Below, in pieces: positions 1 through 8,794 of a stretch of DNA of 64,000 nucleotides (position 1 is the first letter of the stretch; each line of letters opens with the position of its first letter). Made by a program: the position numbers and the translations under genes. The notes under the pieces were generated by a model. The model had not been told where the DNA came from. It saw nothing but the letters and a program-made list of their open reading frames with translations, and made no database searches. This DNA comes from Rhodoferax sp. OV413 (GTDB lineage Bacteria > Pseudomonadota > Gammaproteobacteria > Burkholderiales > Burkholderiaceae_C). The stretch is taken from the NCBI RefSeq assembly GCF_945881795.1, contig NZ_CAMCVG010000001.1, forward strand, positions 7,488 to 71,487, given 5' to 3'.

Positions 1-246
1 CTTGCCGGCCGGTCTTCCAAAGACACCAAGGTCAAGGACATCATGACCGCCAAGGTGATGGTGGTCTCCCCCCAAACCCGCACGCAAGAATGCATGGCAC
101 TGATGAGCCAAAAGCGCATCCGCCACCTGCCGGTTGTCGATGGCGATAAAGTGCTGGGCATGGTCTCCATCAGCGACCTGATGGACGACATCATCAAAGA
201 CCACGAACAAACCATCAGCCAGCTGCAGAGCTACATCTCCGGCTGA
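1..246 (+). CDS. CBS domain-containing protein, C-terminal part (5' end outside window)
   Basis: Frame 1 is open from base 1 to TGA at 244-246. The sequence ...VMVVSPQTRTQECMALMSQKRIRHLPVVDGDKVLGMVSISDLMDD is a typical CBS-module pattern. Confidence 0.6.
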   Translation, partial: LAGRSSKDTKVKDIMTAKVMVVSPQTRTQECMALMSQKRIRHLPVVDGDKVLGMVSISDLMDDIIKDHEQTISQLQSYISG

Positions 247-288
247 TGGGGCGGTGTTGGCCCGGGTGCCGCAGGCGCGCCCCGCTGC

Positions 289-304
289 TGGCACCAATCT
301 TGCC
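289..304 (+). promoter_or_regulatory. sigma-54 (-24/-12) promoter candidate P1
   Basis: TGGCAC-CAATC-TTGCC matches TGGCAC-N5-TTGCW with correct GG/GC spacing. It lies about 80 nt upstream of the TTG start at 383. Confidence 0.6.
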
Positions 305-382
305 ATCTCGTAGAAGGGTGTTGCGTTTTGCAACGCCCGCCGGTCCACAGCCCTGATCTTTCCCCATGAGGAGCAGACTACT

Positions 383-1603
383 TTGACATCCCTGCGTCTG
401 GCGCCTTGGCGCGCTCTATTCCTCACTACCGGTCTTGCGACGTGCCTCGCTATATGCCTAGCCCTTGCACACCCCGGGGCTGCCGCTGCCACCATCACCG
501 TGGGGGTGCTGGGACTTGATGACGATTCGCGGTACCAACCCCGCGTGCTGGAAAAGCAGTACCCCGGGCACCCTCAAGGCCGTCAGATGGCAGGCGCTTC
601 GCTGGCTGCAAACGAGTCTGCGCCTGAGATGGAAGCCCTGGGCCACAAGCTGGTGATCAAGAGCTTTTCGGCGGCCAGCGCTGCCGACCTTCCCAAGGCA
701 TTGGCCCAGATCAAGGCGGCCAAGGTGCAATACGTATTGCTCGACCTGCCTGAGGCCGAGATCAAAAGCGTGCTCGCTGCGGGCCCCGCGGCAGGGGCGG
801 CGGTGTATTTCAATACCGGCTCGGCGTCCGACGAGCTGCGTGGTGCAGGCTGCAACGCAAACCTGTTGCACACCTACCCCAGCGAGGCCATGCGCAGTGA
901 CGCCGTGGCCCAATTTCTCGCAGCGCGCTCCTGGACGCAGGCCTTGGTGCTGCACGGTCCGCGGCCGCAGGATAAGCGGCAGCTGGATGCCTTCAGCCGC
1001 TCGGCCAAGCGCTATGGCGTCAAGCTCAGCAAAACCACCCAGTTCAAGCTCTCAACCGACCCGCGCGAGCGCGAGCTGGGCAATGTCCGCCTGCTGACCA
1101 AAGAAAAGGGCTACGACGTGGTGGTGGTGGTGGACAGCGACGGCGAGTTTGCCCGCGGCCTCCCCTACAACATCCAGTGGCCACGTCCGGTTGTGGGCGC
1201 CAACGGGCTAACCCCCCTGGCGTGGCATCCGCAGTGGGACTTAAATGGCGGGCCCCAGCTCTCGCGCCGTTTCATGCGCTCCGCCGGGCGGCCCATGGCC
1301 GAGCACGACTGGGCGTCATGGATTGCTGTCAAGGCAGTCGTGGGGGCATTGGCCGAGCAGCCAAAGGGCAGCGCTGCAGACCACCTCAAGGCCTTGCGGG
1401 GTGGGCAGGTGTTTTTGGATGGTTTCAAAGGACCGCGATTGTCGTTCCGCACCTGGGACGGGCAGTTGCGCCAACCGATTTTTCTGGGCCATGCCGATGG
1501 CGTGGCCGCTGCGGCTCCATTTGACGGCGTGATGCATCCCACCGATGTGCTGGACACCCTGGGTGTGGACGAGAAGGAGAGCGCATGTCGCAACCGTCCC
1601 TGA
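383..1603 (+). CDS. Periplasmic substrate-binding protein of the PQQ-alcohol-dehydrogenase-associated ABC system (PedA1/LutA-like)
   Basis: 406-aa ORF with TTG start and a signal-like N-terminus (LFLTTGLATCLAICLALAHPGAAAA). It is followed by an overlapping ABC-2 permease and sits in a PQQ-ADH context. Family assignment is from recall, not a search. Confidence 0.65.
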   Translation: MTSLRLAPWRALFLTTGLATCLAICLALAHPGAAAATITVGVLGLDDDSRYQPRVLEKQYPGHPQGRQMAGASLAANESAPEMEALGHKLVIKSFSAASAADLPKALAQIKAAKVQYVLLDLPEAEIKSVLAAGPAAGAAVYFNTGSASDELRGAGCNANLLHTYPSEAMRSDAVAQFLAARSWTQALVLHGPRPQDKRQLDAFSRSAKRYGVKLSKTTQFKLSTDPRERELGNVRLLTKEKGYDVVVVVDSDGEFARGLPYNIQWPRPVVGANGLTPLAWHPQWDLNGGPQLSRRFMRSAGRPMAEHDWASWIAVKAVVGALAEQPKGSAADHLKALRGGQVFLDGFKGPRLSFRTWDGQLRQPIFLGHADGVAAAAPFDGVMHPTDVLDTLGVDEKESACRNRP

Positions 1604-2394
1604 TGCATCTCGCCCGCGCAGTGCGCGCAGTGGTGGGGCGTGAGCTGCTGAAGTTCATGCGCCAGCCCTCCCGGCTGGCCTCAAGCCTGGTGCGGCCTCT
1701 GCTGTGGTTTGTGGTTTTCTCTGCGGGTTTTCATAACGTGTTTGGCGTGGCCATCATTCCGCCGTATGAGACCTATGTCGAATACAAGGTCTACATGCTG
1801 CCCGGACTGCTGGGGATGATTGCGCTGTTTAACGGCATGCAAAGCTCGCTCTCCATGGTCTACGACCGCGAGATGGGTGTCATGCGCCTGCTGCTGACCG
1901 CACCCCTGCCGCGCGGCTGGCTGCTGGGCTTCAAGCTACTGGCCTCCACCGTGTTGTCGTTGTTGCAGATGGTGGTCTTCCTGCTGATTGCGGTGGTGTT
2001 CGGGGTGGACTTGGAGCTGGCCAGCTGCCTGCTGGCGCTGCCCTTCATGGCCGTAGGCGCGACCATGCTGGCCGCCATGGGCCTGATGCTGTCGGTCTAC
2101 ATCAAGCAGCTGGAGAACTTTGCCGGCACCATGAACTTTGTCATATTCCCGATGTTCTTCATCAGCACCGCGCTCTATCCGCTGTGGAAGGTGGAGGAGT
2201 CCGGCGCACTGTGGTTGTCGCAGCTCGCGCAACTCAACCCGTTCACTTATGTGGTGGAACTGTTGCGATTTGCTCTGGAGGGGCAGTTCAACCCCACTGC
2301 GCTGGCCGTGGTGCTGGTGGGCGGCGCAGTGTGTTTTGGCCTCGCTTTGCGGGGTTACGACCCGCAGCGGGGCTGGGTGCGGCAGCGGGCCTGA
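1585..2394 (+). CDS. ABC-2 type transporter permease (PedC/LutF-like)
   Basis: 269-aa polytopic membrane ORF with ABC-2 permease-like hydrophobic pattern. It overlaps the upstream binding-protein gene; an alternative ATG at 1603 would give a TGATG overlap. Confidence 0.75.
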   Translation: MSQPSLMHLARAVRAVVGRELLKFMRQPSRLASSLVRPLLWFVVFSAGFHNVFGVAIIPPYETYVEYKVYMLPGLLGMIALFNGMQSSLSMVYDREMGVMRLLLTAPLPRGWLLGFKLLASTVLSLLQMVVFLLIAVVFGVDLELASCLLALPFMAVGATMLAAMGLMLSVYIKQLENFAGTMNFVIFPMFFISTALYPLWKVEESGALWLSQLAQLNPFTYVVELLRFALEGQFNPTALAVVLVGGAVCFGLALRGYDPQRGWVRQRA

Positions 2395-2403
2395 GGGGGT
2401 GCT

Positions 2404-4563
2404 GTGTGTAAAGCGGCGGTGAGCTTAAAGAGTCATTGGCGCGCAGGCTGGGCTGCTGTGTTCCTCGGGCTGTTTGCGCTGCTGGTGGACGGCCCCTTTG
2501 CGCACGCCGGCGTCATGGACCGCGCGGCCATGGAGAAAGCCTTTCCTTCGCCGCTTATCGTCGGTGAGAAAGATCGCGACCTTCCGGTCTGGCCGATCTT
2601 CAAGCAAGAGGCCACCGCGACACCCATCGTGGCTTATGCGTTTGAGTCCATCGACTTTGCGGCCATCCCCGGCTTCTCCGGCACACCCATGAACCTGTTG
2701 GTGGCGCTGGACAAGGACGGCAAGTTCATGGAAGTCAAAGTGCTGAACCACCACGAGCCGGTGTTTCTGGAAGGGCTGGGAGAGCAGCCTTTGTTCAAGT
2801 TTGTGGAGCAATACCAAAATCTCTCGCTCAAGCAGAGCATCAAGATCGGGCTCAACAACGCCAGTGACAACAAGGCCAACAGTGCCAACGTCTACATCGA
2901 CGGGGTCGCAAAGGCCACCGCCTCGGTGCGCATCTTGAACCAGAGCCTGCTGGCCGCTTCGCTGAAGGTGGCACGCGCCAAGATGGGTTACGGCGCAGGG
3001 CGTGACCCCGATATGGTGGGTCGCATCAAGCCCGATGTACTGGACGCGCTGGACTGGCAAGGCCTGGAGCGCAAGGGGCTGATTACCCGCAAAGTGTTTA
3101 GCAACGCCGAGGTGGAGGCGGCTTTCAAAGGCACCGCCGCCGAGGGGATGGATGACGGGGGCGGCGCTGCGAACGCTCCCTTCGTAGAGCTGGTATTCGC
3201 GCCGCTCACCGTGCCCTCGGTTGGAAGCAGCCTGCTGCCGCCAGCCACCTGGGATTACCTCCAAAAGCGACTGGAGCCCGGCGACCATGCCTTGCTGGTG
3301 GCGAGCAAGGGCCGCTACGGCATCGTCGGCGAGGACTTCCAGCGCGGCACCCTGCCGGACCGGCTCAGCCTGACCCAAGGCGGACTGCCGCTGGAAATGC
3401 GCGACCTCGATTTGGACACCACTATTGGTTTTCCCGAGGACCTGAAGGATGCGCAATGGCGCGTCTTCCGGGTTATTTCGGCCGCGGGGCTGGACCCTTC
3501 TTTGCCCCTGAATTTTGCGCTGCTGGTCTCGCGCAGCAAGGGGCAGTTTATGCCCGAGGTGGTTAACAAGCCTTTTGCGTTTTCTGCAGCCATCCCGGAG
3601 CGCTATGTCGAAGCCGCCAGCTCCGACAGCAAGACCTGGGTATTGAGCTGGACCTCACGGGTGTGGGAGTTGGCGTTGTTGGTGGCCGGTCTGGCACTGC
3701 TGGCATGGGCGCTGAGCCGGCCGCGCTGGCTGACCGCCAGCGTCTCGCGCTTGCATAGGTTCCGCCTGGGCTATTTGATCTTCACTCTGTTCTTCATAGG
3801 CTGGTATGCGCAGGGGCAGTTGTCCATCGTGAATATCACCGCCGTCATTCAGGCGTTGATGGCTGGCCGCAGCCTGGGCTTCCTGCTTTATGACCCGATG
3901 ACCGTGCTGCTGTGGGCCTTTGTGGCGCTGACCTTTTTTGTCTGGGGACGCGGCACCTTCTGCGGCTGGCTTTGCCCTTTCGGCGCGCTGCAGGACTTGG
4001 TAAGTCAGATCACCCGCAAGCTGGGCATTCGGCCGGTGCGGGTATCCGGCGATGTCGACCGGCAGCTCAAGCGGGTGAAATATGCGGTTCTGGGGCTGAT
4101 CGTGGTGTCGGCCTGTCTGTCGGTGACGTGGACGGACCGGCTGGTGGAGGTGGAGCCCTTCAAGACCAGTATCACGCTGAACTTTGTGCGTGCCTGGCCC
4201 TTTGTGTTGTGGGCGGTCGCCATGGTGGCCCTCAGTGCGTTTGTCTACAAGGGCTACTGCAGGTACCTGTGCCCGCTGGGAGCCGGCATGGGCGTGCTGG
4301 GACGCTTGCGCCGTTGGGACTGGATCGCCCGCCGCTCGGAGTGCGGGCAGCCCTGCCAGCGCTGCCGCAGCGATTGCGCCTACCAAGCAATCGAGAAGTC
4401 CGGCAAGGTGGACTACAACGAATGCTTCCAGTGCATGGACTGCGTGGTGATTTATGAGAGCGCGACCCTCTGCGTTCCTGTGTACAACAGCGCCCGCAAG
4501 GGTGGTGCGGCGGCGTCGGGTGCCACTGTGATTCCCATCGTTCCGGAAAGAAGCCCCTCATGA
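2404..4563 (+). CDS. NosR/NirI-family membrane flavo-iron-sulfur protein
   Basis: 719 aa. Signal/TM at the N-terminus, then a periplasmic region with an FMN-binding-domain-like motif DGVAKATAS (Thr codon 2917-2919). Several TM helices follow, with two CX3CP motifs (CGWLCPFGALQD, CRYLCPLGAG) and C-terminal Cys clusters CGQPCQRCRSDC and CFQCMDC. This is the NosR architecture. Confidence 0.75.
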   Translation: MCKAAVSLKSHWRAGWAAVFLGLFALLVDGPFAHAGVMDRAAMEKAFPSPLIVGEKDRDLPVWPIFKQEATATPIVAYAFESIDFAAIPGFSGTPMNLLVALDKDGKFMEVKVLNHHEPVFLEGLGEQPLFKFVEQYQNLSLKQSIKIGLNNASDNKANSANVYIDGVAKATASVRILNQSLLAASLKVARAKMGYGAGRDPDMVGRIKPDVLDALDWQGLERKGLITRKVFSNAEVEAAFKGTAAEGMDDGGGAANAPFVELVFAPLTVPSVGSSLLPPATWDYLQKRLEPGDHALLVASKGRYGIVGEDFQRGTLPDRLSLTQGGLPLEMRDLDLDTTIGFPEDLKDAQWRVFRVISAAGLDPSLPLNFALLVSRSKGQFMPEVVNKPFAFSAAIPERYVEAASSDSKTWVLSWTSRVWELALLVAGLALLAWALSRPRWLTASVSRLHRFRLGYLIFTLFFIGWYAQGQLSIVNITAVIQALMAGRSLGFLLYDPMTVLLWAFVALTFFVWGRGTFCGWLCPFGALQDLVSQITRKLGIRPVRVSGDVDRQLKRVKYAVLGLIVVSACLSVTWTDRLVEVEPFKTSITLNFVRAWPFVLWAVAMVALSAFVYKGYCRYLCPLGAGMGVLGRLRRWDWIARRSECGQPCQRCRSDCAYQAIEKSGKVDYNECFQCMDCVVIYESATLCVPVYNSARKGGAAASGATVIPIVPERSPS

Positions 4564-5555
4564 AGCGGCGCAATCTGATTGCCTTTGCAATGGGCGCGGC
4601 GGCGGGCTTGGGCAACGGGCCGGCCGCGGCCCGCCCCCACACGGCTGCCATGCAGTGGCAAAGCCGCACGCTGCAGGCCATGGGCACCGCCATGACTGTG
4701 CGTGCGGCGCACGCTGAGGGCGCGGTGCTTGCGCGCGCGCTGGACGCGGCGGTGGACGATATTCGAACCCTAGAAGACCAGATGAGTCTGTATCGCGAAG
4801 GCAGCGCCATTACCCGGCTCAACCAGGCCGGCCGGCTGGAGCGGGCACCGAACCATCTTCTGCAAGTGCTGCGGGTGGCGCAGGACGTGTCGCGCCGCAG
4901 CGGCGGCGCTTTTGATGTGACGGTGCAGCCGCTCTGGGCCGCCTATGCCACAGCGCAGTCGCAGGGGCGGCTGCCGACACCGGCAGAGATTCATGCCGCG
5001 CGGCGGCCGGTGGATTGGCGCCAACTGCATGTGGGGGCGCACACCGTGAGCCTGGCGCAGACCGGCATGGCCATTACGCTCAACGGCATTGCCCAAGGCT
5101 ACTGTGCCGATGTAGTGCGCCTTCGCCTGCAGTCCTTGGGTGTTGCTGATGCGCTGGTGGATACCGGTGAATGGGCGGCGCTGGGCGAGTCGGCGCATGG
5201 CACCGACTGGTCGCTGGGGCTGGCAGACCCGCGCGCTCCGGGTGAATTGCTGGCCACGGTGGCCCTTCGGGGGCGCTGCATCGCTTCGTCCGCCGACGAC
5301 CAGTGCCGCTTCAGCCCCGATGGCCGCGACCATCACATTTTCGATCCAATGGCCGGACGCTCGCCGCCGGAGTTGGCAGCGGTGACCGTGGCTGCCCGCA
5401 GCTGCGTGATGGCAGACGCCCTTACCAAGGTGTTTTTTGTGGCGGGCTACGACCGGGCGTTGCCCCTTGCGCGGGCTTGGGGCGTGGATGTGCTGGTGGT
5501 GGACAAAAAAGGCCGCTGGCAAGCCAGCGAAGGCTTCGGCGCACGCGTCCTGTAG
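4560..5555 (+). CDS. apbE: FAD:protein FMN transferase ApbE
   Basis: 331 aa with ATGA overlap to the upstream gene. Twin-Arg-like signal (MKRRNLIAFAMGAAAG). ApbE-like segments include MGTAMTV, FDVTVQPL and ITLNGIAQGY. Confidence 0.8.
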   Translation: MKRRNLIAFAMGAAAGLGNGPAAARPHTAAMQWQSRTLQAMGTAMTVRAAHAEGAVLARALDAAVDDIRTLEDQMSLYREGSAITRLNQAGRLERAPNHLLQVLRVAQDVSRRSGGAFDVTVQPLWAAYATAQSQGRLPTPAEIHAARRPVDWRQLHVGAHTVSLAQTGMAITLNGIAQGYCADVVRLRLQSLGVADALVDTGEWAALGESAHGTDWSLGLADPRAPGELLATVALRGRCIASSADDQCRFSPDGRDHHIFDPMAGRSPPELAAVTVAARSCVMADALTKVFFVAGYDRALPLARAWGVDVLVVDKKGRWQASEGFGARVL

Positions 5556-5692
5556 CGCCATGCGGGCTGTTGCGCCAATTTGGAACAGTGTCGCAGGTCG
5601 TCACGCAACAATAGCCCTCACCCGGTGCCGGGAGCCTCGGAAAAACCCTGATGGTGCGGCCTGCTTTTGGCCCTAAAAATGGACTTCTGAGT

Positions 5693-5708
5693 TGGCACAG
5701 TCCTTGCA
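5693..5708 (+). promoter_or_regulatory. sigma-54 (-24/-12) promoter P2 for the PQQ dehydrogenase operon
   Basis: TGGCAC-AGTCC-TTGCA is a perfect match to the TGGCAC-N5-TTGCA consensus. It lies about 100 nt upstream of the GTG start at 5810. Confidence 0.75.
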
Positions 5709-5809
5709 AAAACCTTCTACGGACTGGTCACTCTGTAAAAAGCGGGACAGTCCGAACCCGCCGGCCGCTGGCCTGTGGATAACGCAACCATTAGCCAGGA
5801 GACAACACA

Positions 5810-7531
5810 GTGAAAAAGAAACTCTTCGCCTTGCTCATGTCGGCAGCTGCCGCGCATGTGTCGGCACAAGTAACAGACGCCATGATTGCAAACGACGCTG
5901 CCGATGAAAGCTCGGTTTTGTCGTGGGGCATGGGCACACAAGGCCAGCGCTACTCCGCACTCGATAGCGTCAACACCAAAACCGTGAAGAACCTGGTGCC
6001 CGTGTGGTCCATGTCCTTCGGCGGCGAAAAACAACGCGGCCAGGAGTCGCAGCCTTTGGTCTACAAGGGCAAGATGTTCGTGACCGCCTCTTACTCCCGC
6101 ATTTTTGCGGTGGACGTCAAGACCGGCGAAAAAATCTGGAAGTACGAGCACCGTCTGCCCGAAGGCATCATGCCTTGCTGCGACGTGGTGAACCGTGGCG
6201 CTGCCCTGTATGACAACCTGGTGATCTTCGGCACATTGGACGCCCAAATCGTGGCCCTCGACCAAGACACCGGCAAGGTGGTGTGGCGCGAAAAGATTGA
6301 CGATTACGCAGCCGGCTACAGCTACACCGCAGCCCCTCTGATCGCTGACGGGTTGCTGATGACCGGCCTGTCCGGCGGCGAATTCGGTGTGGTGGGTCGT
6401 GTCGAAGCGCGTGACCCCAAGACCGGCAAGCTGGTCTGGACACGCCCCGTAGTCGAAGGCCACATGGGCTACAAAGACGGCAAGGAAAACGGTATTTCCG
6501 GCACCACCAACGCCACCTGGCCTGGTGAAATGTGGAAAACCGGTGGTGCATCCCCATGGTTGGGCGGCACTTACGACGCCAAGACCGGCCTCGCCTACTT
6601 CGGTACCGGCAACCCCGGCCCATGGAACGCCCACGTGCGCAAGGGTGACAACCTGTACTCCGCTGCCACCGTTGCGATCGATCCAAAGACCGGCAAGATC
6701 GTCTGGCACTATCAAAACACCCCCAACGACGCTTGGGACTTTGACGGCGTCAACGAGTTCATCACATTCGACATGGACGGCAAGCGCGTGGGCGGCAAGG
6801 CCGACCGTAACGGCTTCTTCTATGTGAACGATGCCGCCACCGGCAAGCTGATCAATGCCTTCCCGTTCGTGAAGGGCAACACATGGGCCAAGAGCATCGA
6901 CATTGCAACCGGACGTCCGAACTTCGTTCCTGAAAACCGCCCCGGCGACCCTAACGCGTCGGCTGACGGCAAGAAGGGCTCTGCAGTGTTCGCGGCTCCA
7001 GGCTTCCTGGGTGGCAAGAACCAACAGCCTATGGCCTACAGCCCCAAGAGCAAGATGTTCTATGTGCCCACCAACGAATGGGGCATGGACATCTGGAACG
7101 AGCCCATCACCTACAAGAAGGGCGGCGCTTACCTGGGTGCGGGCTTCACCATCAAGCCTTTGAACAACGACTACATCGGCAGCCTGCGCGCTTTTGATCC
7201 CAAGACCGGCAAGATGGCATGGGAGATCAAGAACAACGCGCCTCTGTGGGGTGGTGTTCTGGCAACCGCTGGCGACCTGGTCTTCTGGGGTACGCCTGAA
7301 GGCTACCTGAAGGCCGCTGATGCCAAGACCGGCAAGGTGCTGTGGCAATTCCAAACCGGCTCCGGCGTGGTGGCTCCTCCCATCACCTGGAAGCAAGACG
7401 GCGAGCAGTACATCAGCGTTGTGTCCGGCTGGGGCGGTGCGGTGCCGCTGTGGGGCGGCGAAGTGGCCAAGAAGGTCAACTTCCTCGAGCAAGGCGGTTC
7501 CGTGTGGACATTCAAGTTGCCCAAGAGCTAA
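5810..7531 (+). CDS. PQQ-dependent dehydrogenase, methanol/ethanol family (lanthanide-type signature)
   Basis: 573 aa with GTG start after AGGAGA and a signal peptide ([20 protein letters not shown]). Vicinal Cys pair PCCDVVNRG and repeated W-motif propeller blades. Active-site stretch [12 protein letters not shown] contains D-x-D (6737-6745). Confidence 0.9.
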   Translation: MKKKLFALLMSAAAAHVSAQVTDAMIANDAADESSVLSWGMGTQGQRYSALDSVNTKTVKNLVPVWSMSFGGEKQRGQESQPLVYKGKMFVTASYSRIFAVDVKTGEKIWKYEHRLPEGIMPCCDVVNRGAALYDNLVIFGTLDAQIVALDQDTGKVVWREKIDDYAAGYSYTAAPLIADGLLMTGLSGGEFGVVGRVEARDPKTGKLVWTRPVVEGHMGYKDGKENGISGTTNATWPGEMWKTGGASPWLGGTYDAKTGLAYFGTGNPGPWNAHVRKGDNLYSAATVAIDPKTGKIVWHYQNTPNDAWDFDGVNEFITFDMDGKRVGGKADRNGFFYVNDAATGKLINAFPFVKGNTWAKSIDIATGRPNFVPENRPGDPNASADGKKGSAVFAAPGFLGGKNQQPMAYSPKSKMFYVPTNEWGMDIWNEPITYKKGGAYLGAGFTIKPLNNDYIGSLRAFDPKTGKMAWEIKNNAPLWGGVLATAGDLVFWGTPEGYLKAADAKTGKVLWQFQTGSGVVAPPITWKQDGEQYISVVSGWGGAVPLWGGEVAKKVNFLEQGGSVWTFKLPKS

Positions 7532-7604
7532 TCAGCTAGTGTTTTGATGAAACGTGGGGTGTTGGGCGCAAGTTCAGCACCCCTCATTTATTGCCTCAAG
7601 TAGC

Positions 7605-7937
7605 ATGAAAAAATTCCTAATTCCTTTGCTTCTGTTGTCCGGCGCTTGCCACGCGACCGGGTTGAGCGCAGCCGATCAGGCCGCCGCCATGGCGATGGCC
7701 AAAGACAATGGCTGCTTCTCCTGCCATGCCATGAATGAGAAAGTGGTGGGCCCCTCGTTTTCTGCCATCGCAGAGCGATACCGGGGCGAGGCCGGAGCCG
7801 CTGCATCCTTGGTGCAAGCCATACAAAACGGCTCTAAAGGCAAGTGGGGTCGTATTCCCATGCCACCGCACTCTTCCATAGGCCAGGCGGATCTCGCCAA
7901 GCTGGCCAACTGGGTGCTGTCAGTTCCCAAGCAATAA
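7605..7937 (+). CDS. Small class I c-type cytochrome (c551/c552-like)
   Basis: 110 aa from the ATG at 7605 (MKKFLIPLLLLSGACHA signal). One CXXCH motif (CFSCHA) and a distal Met region GRIPMPPH. Confidence 0.75.
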   Translation: MKKFLIPLLLLSGACHATGLSAADQAAAMAMAKDNGCFSCHAMNEKVVGPSFSAIAERYRGEAGAAASLVQAIQNGSKGKWGRIPMPPHSSIGQADLAKLANWVLSVPKQ

Positions 7938-7955
7938 AAGCGGGCTACGCGTTCC

Positions 7956-8777
7956 ATGTTCACTTCCCGGGGCGCGGCCTCTCTGGCACTCTCGGGCGCC
8001 CTGCTGATCAGTGGCGGCTCCTTGGCGCAAGACAGCACGCGCGCCGATTGGTTGCGCAACCCCGCGATGGGCAACTACAAGGCTTATGCCGAATTCAAGA
8101 TGGCCCGTTATGACTTCGCCCGGGAAGTCTGGCAAACCCTTGCAGAAGTAGGCAACGGGGATGCCTTGTTCAATTTGGGCATCCTGGCGGAAGACGGGCT
8201 GGGTGAGCCGCGCAATATGGGCAAAGCCGAGGCGCTGTACGCAAGCGCTGCATCGACCAACAACTTCAAGGCGCAGTACCGTCTGGGCCTGCTCTATTTC
8301 GCGGGCACCCTGCTGCCTCGCAACCCCGACAAAGCGCGCCTGTACCTCTCTCAGGCAGCTTCACACGGGGACCGAGATGCAAAAGCCATGCTGGCTACCT
8401 TGGGCCAGGATGCCAGTGCCCTGACGCCCTTGCAACAGGCCGAGCTGCTCAGTGGCGGCGGGCAGCACGAGCGCGCGGCGATCCTGTACCGTGAACTGGC
8501 GGAAGCAGGCGACTCCACTGCCCAGGCGCGCCTGGCTTGGGCCTACGAGGCGGGACGCGGTGTACCCATGGACTTGCAAGAGGCGGCTCGCAGGTTTGAG
8601 TTGGGTGCGCAGGCCGGCAATCCGGAAGCACAGTACGCTCTGGCCGTGATGTTGCGCACCGGGCGGGGCCGCACGTTAGACCTGCAGAAAAGCCTGGACT
8701 GGCTGCAAAAAGCGGCCTCCCAAAATCACCCCGCCGCCATGGCGGCGCTGGTTGCCAGCACTGCTGCCCCGCAATAG
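7956..8777 (+). CDS. Sel1-repeat (TPR-like) periplasmic protein
   Basis: 273 aa with a signal peptide and about six repeats of the Sel1 pattern (GDxxAxxxLGxxYxxGxGVPxDxxxAxxWxxxAA). Confidence 0.7.
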   Translation: MFTSRGAASLALSGALLISGGSLAQDSTRADWLRNPAMGNYKAYAEFKMARYDFAREVWQTLAEVGNGDALFNLGILAEDGLGEPRNMGKAEALYASAASTNNFKAQYRLGLLYFAGTLLPRNPDKARLYLSQAASHGDRDAKAMLATLGQDASALTPLQQAELLSGGGQHERAAILYRELAEAGDSTAQARLAWAYEAGRGVPMDLQEAARRFELGAQAGNPEAQYALAVMLRTGRGRTLDLQKSLDWLQKAASQNHPAAMAALVASTAAPQ

Positions 8778-8794
8778 GCCTGAAGGCTCAGCAG

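Noticed and set aside
5717-7492. 591-aa ORF on the minus strand
   Set aside because: It lies entirely antisense to the PQQ dehydrogenase, whose motifs are unambiguous. Its composition (Gly/Ala/His/Val-rich, no motifs) is typical of a GC-rich shadow frame.
7572-7590. Weak GG-N10-GC match upstream of the small cytochrome c gene
   Set aside because: GGGCGC-AAGTT-CAGC is a poor -12 element. The 73-bp gap is compatible with co-transcription from the dehydrogenase promoter.
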